Position numbers and translations under genes: made by a program. A stretch of DNA of 63,129 nt, the filler included, from Cercozoa sp. M6MM (lineage: Eukaryota; Protista; Endomyxa: Ascetosporea): assembly GCA_040357565.1 (NCBI GenBank). It is 10 parts of 10 records of this genome, joined end to end, with 100 filler letters (N's around TTAATTAATTAA, not from the genome) between each part and the next. Parts side by side here need not be neighbours in the genome. Positions count along the whole stretch, not along the records: positions 27,045 to 45,114 come from JBDODJ010000242.1; positions 45,215 to 51,567 come from JBDODJ010000750.1; 8 more parts are not named here. The stretch is one strand, 5' to 3'. Shown piece after piece: positions 38,401 through 49,700 of the stretch; position 1 is the first letter of the stretch, and each line of letters begins with the position of its first letter. The notes under the pieces are model-generated. The model was not told where the DNA came from. It did not search any database and worked only from the letters and a program-made list of their open reading frames with translations.

Positions 38401-38681
38401 AGCAAAAACTTGCGTCGTATTTTCCGACGATGCGACTGTAACCATAAACTCAGTGCCTCAATACTGTATAAATTTAGTATTCAGTCGTACAACAGACTTA
38501 CAAGTGAAGGTAGCATCCGAACTGGGAGATGAGATCGGCGTGTTGCTGCGCGTGTTCTCTTCAGACACACTCTAGAAGGAACACAAATCGATTTATACCG
38601 GCACTGCAAGCTGAGAAAGTAAATCAAGGGACTTGAACAGCTGAAACTCACGGGAGAGAACTCAAATTCCAGCACCGACAT
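35500..38681 (-). CDS. Hypothetical protein (many short exons; 3' end uncertain)
   Basis: Phase-compatible GT-AG exon chain from ATG 38681 (MSVLEFEFSP...HVLAELVRK...ELSTEYDLNINPAAAVSLLRQRL...EEEAERVP). Confidence 0.45.
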
Positions 38682-38779
38682 GCGATCTGCCCCGGTCAGC
38701 TCGACACTGACAATTTTGCTTTTTGCACTACGACACCGGCAGTTCACGCTGCACAAGCTCTAATTTTGAGCGGTGCGCG

Positions 38780-41700
38780 ATGCAAAATGCAGCTTGGCGG
38801 AAACTGTGTTTTTCCATTTTTCTGGCCCAGCGCGGTCGTAGAGTGCAGACTGCAGAGGTAAAAACTGTCAACTTGACAACCGATTTTGCAACCACGTCGC
38901 ATGCTTTCGGGCACTGTGGTGTGTACCGTTGTGCTTGTCATATGTTGACGTTCCAGAATTTCCTCATGTGCGATTTAGAGGCCTTACTGTCGCAAGAAAC
39001 AAAGTCCGAAGTCCAGCGGGATGGGGCACGTGCTGACACGGGTCCTGTCTTTTTCGAGACAAATCAACTCTTTAGTTTGTCCACCGAGTCTGCGCCGTAG
39101 GGCGGAAACCACCAACTTCAGGAAAGGGCTCGTACGGGTTCATTCGTTATGACTTTGGCGATGGTACACGGCCTTTGCTTGTATTTTTGTTTTTCGATTC
39201 GGATAGGATGTCTAAATCTTATTGGCAGAAACCACTGGCAAGCTGGCTGTGCGTGTGGGTCGGCATTGCTTTTTCCTGCGGGGCAAATGGTTCGCCGGAA
39301 CCGGCAAACAGCCAAGACGTTCTTTTTCAACACCTAGAGAGTGAGTTCGCGCCAACCTCGCGAGGCTTACACGTGCTCCTGGCTCAACCCGCAGCGAGCG
39401 AGCTCTTGAGCTCTGAGACTTTGGTATCTCAGACTAAGGGCCGTGTTATTTGAACTGTCCTTTGAGCTTCCCTGTGTTTTCTCAGGATCTCGCCCAGGAA
39501 GGTGAAACGCAAGCACCCAACTTAGGCAAGCGCTGGTTCAGCGCTGCTCGTGCGTTGGCTATAGCAGATGAGACATGTAAAGGAATCGCAGGAGCCTTCT
39601 TCGGTCGCTTTGACGCCATCCACGTGTCGGCACAGCACGCAGCGCTGAGAACGTTGGTGTGTGGCTTATCTGGGGGGGGCGGGTTTGTTGCACTTTCTTA
39701 TGTTTTCGGAGCAGAGCTTAGCACTGGAGCAGTTTGCACACGAGATGATCACCTCAGAACTCTGCAAGAATATGCAGGAAGCCGAAGATGCCCTCTGTAC
39801 GGTGTTCGACGAACGCGAGTTCCGCGTGATGCAAAGCATTCGCGAGTCGCTAACAGTGCAGAGTTTCCAACTCGGACAGACTTCGCTGTACGACGTCTTT
39901 CCACAAAGCGAGCAGCTCTTGTTGCGACTGATGCGAAACGCTGCCGTCATTGACCTTCCTGAATTCGTGAATGACCTGATGCGTATCGAGGCTCCCGGTC
40001 GTCGTCACATCGGTATAATTTACTTTTGTGTTTGAACGTTCCTTCAGTTGGTAGTCTTTGACTTATACTGACGGTTGGACACAACAACACAGACGGTCTG
40101 CACAAGTACGCCGAGCACGAAGAGCTTGAGGGGACCGACAAAGTGAGTGAATGGGCCAACGCCATTCTGCGAAAACCGCTGCAGAAGTTCGAGTCTTCGC
40201 AGTGGGAGGCTCACCGAAATGAATCCGTGGCGCAGTAAGTTGAGCTTTTCTTTTGAGTACTTGGGAGACGTTGTGCTTTTGAGTTCTGTTGTTCTGTTTG
40301 AACAGCGTGAACGCACGCGCACTGGGCTACGTGCGACATCTGCAGAAGAAACAAGAGAAACTCAACAACTCGCGCTACTGTGTGCTTACGGTGACTCACG
40401 GTTCCTTCGCGCGTGCACTGGTGGCCACGCAGGTCGCCTTGTCGCTGCACGACACTGCGAACCTGCCTCCATCATCGGGTGAGTTCCAGTTCCATGGTTC
40501 CTTGGGAGTGAAAGACGCAGACGCGATGGAAAGGCACATGGAGTTTGCAAGTTCCTTGGAAAGGTACAGCTTTCAAACTCTACCAGTTTTGGTATTAACT
40601 AAGCCCGTCTGTGCAGCGACAATGATCCTGCGTTTGCGAACGTTGTCAGCATGGACCAGTGCGACATGTTCGTGCTTTCGGAACCAGTGAGCGATGTCGT
40701 TCCTGCCAGTGAGCGTCCTGTTATGGTTAAACTGCCAGCCTGGGCTCCTTCCATGGAAGAACACGTGCTATCTGACGTTGAGCCCACTCACTACGACCGC
40801 CTGCGTATGCCAGTGGCAAGTGCCTCAGCGCCCCACACGAGCGAACTGGTGACCAGTGGCAGCACTTGCGGATTAACGGACAGTGGTGAGTCAGGTTCAC
40901 TGTCTGTAGTGAACGATAGCTTCAGTCGAAGCTTAGGTAAACTAAATGTGATGACCAGCCAGCACTTGTCAGATGGGATACCTATTGTTGTGAATTGCTT
41001 GTTTGAGCAGATGGACGTGGTGTGCCGATCAATGAGTTGCAACGAAGCGGAAGCAGTTGCGGACTGTCGGACTTGCCGACGTCAGAGTCACCGACCAACA
41101 TCAGCTTCAACAGCGGCCACTTTGGTAAATACTTAATTTAATTTACCGACTTTGTTCTTTCTGGAATTGACTTTCACGTGTTCGATTGACCAGTTGAGCA
41201 AGAGGACACTTTCAAAGTCGAAGCAGTTCCTACCGTGGAAGGACATGAGCAGGAAACACCGGCTAGTTTTGAAGAATTCGCCGGCAACTCTTCGACCGAG
41301 TGGGGCCGCTGGGCAGTGGTGCCGATCGATCTGAACAGTGTTTTTCTAGGTACTGTAAATTTGGAGTTCTCCTGGTCAATTATATCAACTGACACACCGG
41401 CAGTTTCAGCTCTTTTGTTTTCTTGCGCAGATGGAACAAGTCTAGGCTCTTGGTTCGACCAAGCGATGGACATCGTCGCAGCAACACGGCAGCCGCCGTA
41501 CCTGGAAGTCTTGGCTTCGCGTGAACTTGGACTCGCTCTCGTTCGAGGCGATTTTGGCGGGACTGGCCTGGTTGCTCTGGAGCAGCCGGTCAGGCCACGG
41601 TCTCGCCTGATGTGGAAGAGCTTCTCGTCTGCCATCTACCGCAAACTCCTTCAACTCCACAACAAAAACTCGTCGTTGGAACTCCCCGAAGTATCGGTGT

Positions 41701-44700
41701 ACGTGCGATACGCTCAGAACAACAAACTACTACAGGTGCGGCTTTCCCTTTTTCTGCTGTAGAAGGGTGTATAATATCCCTTCTTTTATGACTGCAGTTT
41801 TTCCCGACGACCACGGAAGGACGTGCCTTGATGGCAGCGCCCATCATAAAATTCATGACGGACATTGTACAGCCTTCAAAACTATATCGCCAAGGTACTT
41901 TGACAGTGAGTGAAAATCTGTTTAATTATAGCTGCTTGTATGTTGCAATTATCAGCTGTGTGCGAGCAGGTCAAGAAGTAAGCCTTGCGCTGACTCAAGC
42001 ACTGAAACTTGAGGCAGGAGAGGCGGATACTGCAGCAGTCACTCCTCTGCCGTCGGCTAGTCCGCAACGTGCGTTGCGTGGGCCTCGCAGTGGTATCACG
42101 ACTGAAGTTTGTTTCATATCGACAATATTGAATTTAAAAGCATGATTTTTATTGCATCAAAACTGAAGTATGTTGATACTGTGAGTAGGCGAAGGGTCTG
42201 CACAAAGCAAGTCCGCATTGCCAGTGGACCAGCCGGACGCACAAGAGACACCGGCAACTCTGATTCGGCTGGAGGTATATTTTTACATACTAGTAATTTA
42301 CTACGATGATATTCATGTCACTCTCCTCCTTCCTTTCGTGTCCATTTATTTCGAGTTTCCCCCGTCTGCTTGGCTCGACAGACCGAGAGCTTTCAGCGCA
42401 AGTCTCCTGTTTTGAGACCAACAACAACACCAACGACCCAGGAACTAGACTTGGACGAGCCGCCGTCGGATCTAAACGACATGACGCGGACCCCTCGACC
42501 CTCGCCACCGATCAAAGCAACGCCCAGATCGGCTGTGCCTGTGTCTGCTGATCAACCGGCGTCGGTCACTCCATCGCCAACGCCAACAGCACCGACAGCA
42601 CCGACAGAATCAACACCATCGACATCACCAACACCAGAGGCAACCACTCCAACAACTTCAACTACAACACCAACAACGACGACAACTACAACTAGTGCTA
42701 CAACAACAACACCAGCAACATCAACAACAACAATACCAGCAGCAACAACAAGCACTGGCAGCACTTCCAGTGACACGACAACTACGGTTTCTCGTGTCAC
42801 TGCCGGCACTCTCCTAGGTCCACACGTGGAAACGATGCAACCTGTCGGGCCGCACCTCTACATTCGATACATGTAACCCTCTTCTTTCACTTTTCCCATT
42901 TTATTTATTGATACTCCTCTGTCTCTTTTGTTCTTTGTGTTAATGCCTGTGTAATTTTAGCTGCATCTACACAAGTGTCATCGCAATGCAAATGCTACTG
43001 CTGCTGCTGCCGCGCCACGCAAAGACGAAGGCGCCTAATCTGTGTCGGAAATGCCGGGCAGTTTTGAACCGAGGTACTGTTCCTTTCCTGCTTCGACCGC
43101 ACTGCGGGTTCCAGTTTCAATACATGGACAACCCAACAGAGACATCTTCGTGTTGCTCCTTCTTGTACCTGCCGTTTTCCGACCGTGCCATTCGCTTCGT
43201 CGGTGACCTCATCAGCGGTACCTCCCTTCCTGCTGAGTTACTTTCACTTAGTGCGCGCGCGCGCGTGTGCGTGTGTGTGTGTTCATTTGAATTAAGGGAT
43301 CCTTTTCGCTAACACAGAAGGCAGTTGCTCGCGTTGCGCGGCACAGAACGAGGCGAGCAAGAATTCTCCGACAGTGACGCCTAGCGGAACGCAGGTCGCG
43401 GGACGAGTGCTTTCGCACGACGGCGCGCGAATCGACAACGACTCGTTCGAGAAGTCGGTGTGCCCGAGACTGACCAACACGAGCAGTTCCTCCAGCGTGC
43501 GATTCGCGTCTTCTGGTGACACGCCGGTTCCGATCTTTGCGCTGCTCCTGTGCAACGACGACGGCACTGGACTGCACGACGTCAGTGCCATTGTGACGCA
43601 GGACGCACTGTTGCTCGCGTTGACAGAGGCAGAGCAAGGGTACGATTGACACGACAAGTGACTGTTGTACAGTGTTGTCTCGGTCATGCCTACTTATCCT
43701 TGCAGTATTGGCCCGGAGGTCTGGATCGTGGAACGCGAGATTCAACGCGCCAGGAACGGCAGCACACTCACTGTGCAGGTACTATACAGCTTCTTTTGGA
43801 GTCTTCGCAGTCAGTTTGTTTATTTACGATTATGCTTGGGACGGGAGCAGGTGCGCGGAAGCACGTCGACCTTGCTGGCATGCGCCAAGATCACAACATC
43901 GCACATCAAGAACAACCTGTACAACCATGTTCGATCGATCTACGCCGGCACTCTTCTGTAGAGCTTTCTCAGTTTGAAAGTCGATGAGAGAACACGAATT
44001 CTGGATACTTTAAAAACCTGTAGTGACGGCACACTGCTGGCGAAGCCTTTCGCGTGGTCGCGATCGAATCAGCTGTCGATCAACCCTCTTGTGCGTCCAG
44101 TTCTCTTTTGCGGGCACAGTTGGCCCAATCACCTTCTGCATTGTGTACTAATATATATAATCTGCGATTTGCCCAGGTGCCAGCGTACGTGGAGATGTCG
44201 CCTCTGCGCAACACCAACTCGCTCCGCGAACTGATAGACCGGGCACTGCAAGGCAAAGCAGAGCAGGCTCGTTGTGTTGCGGCCGAGACACAGTGCATCG
44301 ACATGCCGGCCAGGAACGAAAGGCGACTGCCGAAGCCACTGCTTCCTTTGCGACTCGTGATGGCCTGGGCAAAGCAGACGCTCCACGCACTCGATCGAAT
44401 GCACACTGGCGGCGACAGCAGCACGCCCGGTATCGCACACTGCGACGTCAAGCCGTCGAACCTCGTGATTGGACAGCACTTCTGTGAGCTTACTCAGTCC
44501 ACTAGCAGCATGCACTCCTTTCCTGCCATTCTATACGTTTGTGTGTGCTGTTATTGACAGGCGTTCAACTGTGCGACTTCGGTTCTGCCACACCACTGGC
44601 CTTGTTGAACGACGCGAGGAACAACGACGTTTTCGATCTGGACGACGACAACGAGAGCGTCAATCTACTGCTGCGGGAACTCGCTCATGGTGCCCTTAAG

Positions 44701-45000
44701 CGACACAGAAAATCGGCAGCGGCACAAGAGAACACTCCGAAAGAGCGAGTGTCACTGCCGACGACAGCAGAGTATGCCGCTCCTGGTAGCACAAGTATTG
44801 TCGACACTGCCACCATAGATGTAGCTTATGGGTGTTGTTCTGCAAAACAGAGGTCGTGCACCCGACGCGAGGTGTGCGAGACGGGCGGGTTGATATCTGG
44901 TCCTTTGGCGTATCCGTGTTCGAGGCCTTGAACGGCTGCTCTCCGTTTTGGGATGCTCCGAACTGCGCCAAGAATGCCAGACAACTCAAGGAGTCGCCGC
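38780..45000 (+). CDS. Large multi-exon protein ending in a divergent Ser/Thr kinase domain (may be two genes)
   Basis: HCDVKPSN, VQLCDFGSA, EYAAPE (spliced) and VDIWSFGV at 44430-44940; Thr-rich tract at 42550-42790; upstream exons have no recognisable domain. Confidence 0.65.
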
Positions 45001-45264
45001 TGCTTGCATCCGCTCGAATGAATCGTAGCCCTGCTGCCCTCGTCTTGTATTGTCCCAATGTTTTTACTTTGAGCTGTTCCATTGCGGCAGGCATTGTGAT
45101 TCAAATGCACGTTGNNNNNNNNNNNNNNNNNNNNNNNNNNNNNNNNNNNNNNNNNNNNTTAATTAATTAANNNNNNNNNNNNNNNNNNNNNNNNNNNNNN
45201 NNNNNNNNNNNNNNCTCCTATTTACCCCCTATTCCCCCCCTATTTACCCCCTCCCTGGTGGTAG

Positions 45265-46641
45265 ACTGCGGCAGCAGGAGCACCTGCAGCGAGCCTTCCA
45301 GGCCTTCAAACACGCGCCGCGTGACAAACGTCTCGATCCCTACCTGCAGCGACTGAGTGCCATGGAGGGTGCGCTGCGTGTTTTGCCCCCCTGTTGGCCC
45401 CGGCCTTACCGCTTCCCCCCTTTTTCCCCCCCTCTCCCCCCCCCCCCCCTGCAGTGGGATTCGGTACCTCGATGGAGACACAGGAGGGTGCCATCAAGGC
45501 CTCCGACGTACGACGCTTGCAGAGTAGGCTGCGTCCTTGTCCCCCATACCCCTACTCCCTACCCCTACCCCTGTGCAGGTGCGATGCCGCTGTGCATGGG
45601 GCGGAGTATGCAGGCGCTGCTGAAAGATCGGCATCTCAAGGTGTGTGGACTGTCTTACCCCTCTCTTTCCCCCCCCCCCCCGTTACCCCCATTACCTTGG
45701 TCAGAACGGCGCGCGAGTGCAGTTTTCGTTGTTCCTGAAGGCGGCGGGCATGTCACTCGACGAGGCACTCTTGTTCTGGAAGATGCACTTCTCGCAGGTA
45801 GCGCACTCTTGCACCTCCTCCCTCGTTACCCCTACCCCTATCCCTACCCCTACCTTCTCCCCCTACCCCTCCCTACCCCTACCTCTACCCCTCCCTACCC
45901 CTCCCTACCCTACCCCCTTATCCCCCAGGCCGACAAGCTCAAGGAGCAGACGTACGCGGTGCGGCACCAGTACGGCAAGGTCGGCAAGCGCGTCAGTTAC
46001 GCCGCCTTCGGATGTCGCAAGATCCAGGGCATGGCACCCAACCGCGGCGATGCCTGCGGCTGTCCCTTCAAGCTGTACCTTCCCCTCTGACCTCCCACTT
46101 ACCCCCGTACCCCTACCCCTGCCCCCTACCCTCCCACAGGTACAGTGACTCGGACCTGCGGCAGATGCTGGCGACGCGGCAGTGTTCGCCGAGTGCTGTG
46201 CAGGAGATACTGCAGCTGCGCAAGGAGGGCGACCTCAGTGTACCCCCATCTCTCTTACACGCCTACCCCCCTATCCTTCCTCTCGTAGCTGGCATGTCTG
46301 CGCACATGGAAGGCGTCGCACAAGGAGCAGGACCCGCCGCACTGGGCGTACCTTCTGTGTCTCCTGTCTCTGTCTGGTTGGTTGATTGGCTGGTCTGTGT
46401 ATACCTCCCCTGCTCTGGCAGGTTTGACCTGACGCCGAATCAGTACTTCCGCGCGGCTCTCGAGTTCCGTCAGCAGCACCAGTCCAAGCAGTCCAAACAA
46501 CAGTCCAGACAGCAGTCCGAACAGCAGTCCAAACAGCAGCACACTGACACCACTGTAGCCACAGCTGGCACTAGCACTGCGCCAATGACGGACGATTTCG
46601 AATTCGACGATGACGACACTATCATCGCCGGCAGCAACTGA
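45265..46641 (+). CDS. PRIM2: DNA primase large subunit, 5' partial
   Basis: MPLCM...HLKNGARVQFSLFLKAAGMSLDEAL, YAVRHQYGKVGKRVSY...GCRKI...CGCPFK, PNQYF. Confidence 0.93.
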
Positions 46642-46652
46642 TCCGATCGGAC

Positions 46653-46795
46653 GAAGAAGATTGTTTTGGGGAACTTCACACAAAAGGAGAGTTGGAAGGC
46701 TCCACCTTAACGTAAGCTAGCGGTGGACTACGGCCGAATGCATGCGCTTGTGACCTACGCTACCTCATGGTGCAGGGGAACTACGTAGTTGGTTT
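46653..46795 (+). mobile_element. Diverged copy of the LINE 3'-UTR module (copy B), inverted relative to the LINE
   Basis: tgttttggggaac...caaaaggagagttg...cggcc...cttgtgacc...tggtgcaggggaactacgtagttggttt aligns to copies A and C. Confidence 0.75.
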
Positions 46796-49700
46796 AGTTA
46801 GTTAGTTGAGTCTTCTAGGAAACCAACTATGTAGTTCCCCTGCACCAGTCTGGGGTGGGTCACAAGAGCATGGCCGTGTCTACCCTACCGCCCGCTTAGG
46901 GTAGGACCATACAACTCCCCTTTTGACGTTCCCCAGACACCGAAGTCGACTTCATGGTTGGTGCAGGTAGCGGGCTACAAGTAGAGAGGCGTCGCAGGCG
47001 GTGTCGGTCGTCCCGTCGTCGTCCTCCCGCCTCTCCACTCGATAACGAAGCAAGCAATCAGACATAGACTTGGGGCCACCACTGCTGTGAGTGGTGGCCT
47101 AGTCTATGTCGGGGACCTCTCGGTCCATTACCTGCTGGGAGGCTGGTTGTCCTTCGACAGTTGGTTGCTTCCTCGTCCCAGGAGATCTTGGTGCCTTGAT
47201 GCATTCTGTTGAGTGTTGCTAGGTTCTCAGGGTTGGCTAGTATGTCTTCAATTGTGCGCCATTGGGCCGCATTGGTGTTGTGTCTGATAGCTTCCGTTAC
47301 TTTGCATTCCAGCAATCGGTGGTACGTGTCGAGAGTGTCTTCTGCATTTTCCCAGGTACCCGCGCAGTCGGGGCACTCGCTTACTTCGCGCTTTTGTAGT
47401 CGTTGTTTGCATCCCTTGCAGTTGGGAGTCCTGAGTCTGCCTCTGGCTTTGCATTCATTGCACTTTCGCGGTATTTGGGCGTAGTTGTAGTACTTGAAGC
47501 TTCCAAGTCTGTTGCAGAGGAATCTTGAGAGTGTGCGGATGTCTGCGATGCTGAGTTTGCGCTCTTTGGCTATTTTGAGTAGTTTGTTTGAGTTCCTGAT
47601 ATGTTTCCAGGGGTTTCTGATGTGTGTTTTTCGTAGAGCTCTGACTCTGGTCCTTCTGAGAGGGCGTTGCGGTACATTGTTTTTGCTGTTTCGGGTCTGC
47701 TTTTTCAGTTTCTTGTGGTCTTTGTTTATTTTGATCCAGTTTCTCCTGTTGCGGCTGTTCCTTCCTTTCTTTGCTTCTTTGTCTGCTAGTTCGTTGAGGT
47801 GAATGTCGATGTGTGATGGTACCCAGTGTACCGTGATGTGCATGTCCTTTGTTAGTTCCTTCAGTTGTGCATCAATCTCATCCATCTCTGTTTTTTGAGG
47901 TGTTGTCAGGTGCAAGATTGTTCCTTTGTTGTCAATCAGGAGTGCGATACGGGTTTCTCCTTTTTCTTTAGCGTGTTTGGTGCATTGCATTATGGCAACT
48001 CTTTCTGCATCATAGATAGTCGCGTTGGTGATTTTGCCATTGCCAGATCTTAGTCTTCCATTGACTGGTTTTCCTGATGTCCAGCCGTATCCTGCTTCGC
48101 TTCCGGCAAGGCTGCCGTCAGTTGCGAACACTTGTTGTAACTCTGCTCTGTTCGAGAGGTCACGTATCAGTTGGAGCCACTTGTGCTTGTGGTGTTCAGC
48201 ATCCGTTTTCCGTATTGACCATGTCTCGTGTTCTCTGGGTCTGTTCACTGTCTTGATGATCCTTCCGAGAGTCTTTCTCCTTCTTTGTGGTATTTCGCTC
48301 AGTTCAGCGTCGGTGATCTTGCGGTTTGTGGCTGCTCTTCTCCAAGCGGAAATTGGTGTGGTGTCAGTTTGTAGACACAGTGTGCTCTCTTTAGCGTAGT
48401 GATTGATTAGTTCTGTCGCTTCTGCTCGTTCTGCCATCTCTTCGATTGTTCCTGTGTCGGTGATGGTGTACACTGCCTCGTTGGGAGAGCTCGTGGGTAG
48501 TCTCATGCAGATCCTCAAGGCGGTGCGTTGTGTTATTTCGAGTTTTCTCCTCCATTTTGTGCTGCCAATTTTGTGCCACCAGAGCGCGATGCCGTATCGA
48601 GCGCATGACAGTATCCATGCTTTGTAGATCTGTACCGCTAGGTATTGTGTGAGTCCGGACCTTGTGTATATCAGTCTTTTCAGTGTGTTGATCCTCCGAG
48701 TGATTTTGTGGTGTAGTTGCTCTGCGTGTGCCTCGTATGACAGGTTTCTGTCTATGAGGAGACCTAAGATTCTCATTTTGTCTACTTGCTCGATGTCGTC
48801 TCTCTCGTTGTCGTGGGACAGTGTTTTCATTCTAATTTTGAGGTATCTGATTGTCTTCGTTTCCAGTTGAATGAACTGAGTCTTTGTAGGTGCGAATTCC
48901 ATGCCGTTGCGTTTTGCCCAGGTGGTGGCTGTGTCCAAGAGGCGCTTACAAGCTTCCTGCATGTCTGATCTGTTGTCCTTACTATGATGTATGAATCATC
49001 GGCGTATCCGACACTGTGTGCAGTGGCTACTGCTCCTTTAATTTTATAGTTACGGGGGTGTCGTTTCATGTGTTCTCCTGTTCTTTGCAGTTGTATGTGC
49101 ATGTCATCGAGGAAGGTCTTTGCGAGTAGAGGACTGCAGATGGCCCCTTGGGGAGTACTGCCGTTGACTTGTTTGTCTGTTGATTCGGTGTCGTTTCTTC
49201 TCACCGAGATGGTTCTGTCTGAGAGGAAGGACTCCATGAGTAGCAGTTCTTTGCCATTCACATGTTTAGACAGGGCAATGATTGCGCCCTCTTTGTGGAG
49301 CTTGTCGAAGAAGCCTTTGATGTCTAGACTAATGACTGTCATGTACTCTCCTGCTTTCTTTGCCATTTCTGCCTGCTGTTGTATGTAAGCCAGTGTGTCT
49401 AGCGTTGACATGTGTTGTTTCCACCCAGATTGGTACTTGGATACATACTGTGTGTTCATTTGTTGGGATGCTCTCTCGTTCATGAGTTTGTCCAGTAGCT
49501 TGCCGAGGCACGGCAGCAGCGAGATGGGTCGGTAGGAAGCTGCCTTTGTACAGTCCTTGCCAGGCTTGGGTAGCATCACTATAGTTGCATGTTTCCATGC
49601 CTACGGGAAGTACCCATGTGTGAGACAGGCATTGTAGACCTTCAGTAGCAGTTGTTTGGTCTCATCTGGTAGGTGTATGATGTGGTGGTTCATGATTTTG

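Noticed and set aside
49601-49603. In-frame TAG in the LINE (YFP*AWKHA) and apparent in-frame TAG/TGA in the 35500-38681 gene, suggesting stop-codon reassignment
   Set aside because: U2AF65 ends with TAG at the expected C-terminus, and TGA and TAA end other conserved genes. The apparent stops in the hypothetical gene fall in branch-point/acceptor sequences (CTGAC, CTAG). The LINE also has a frameshift, so it is simply decayed.
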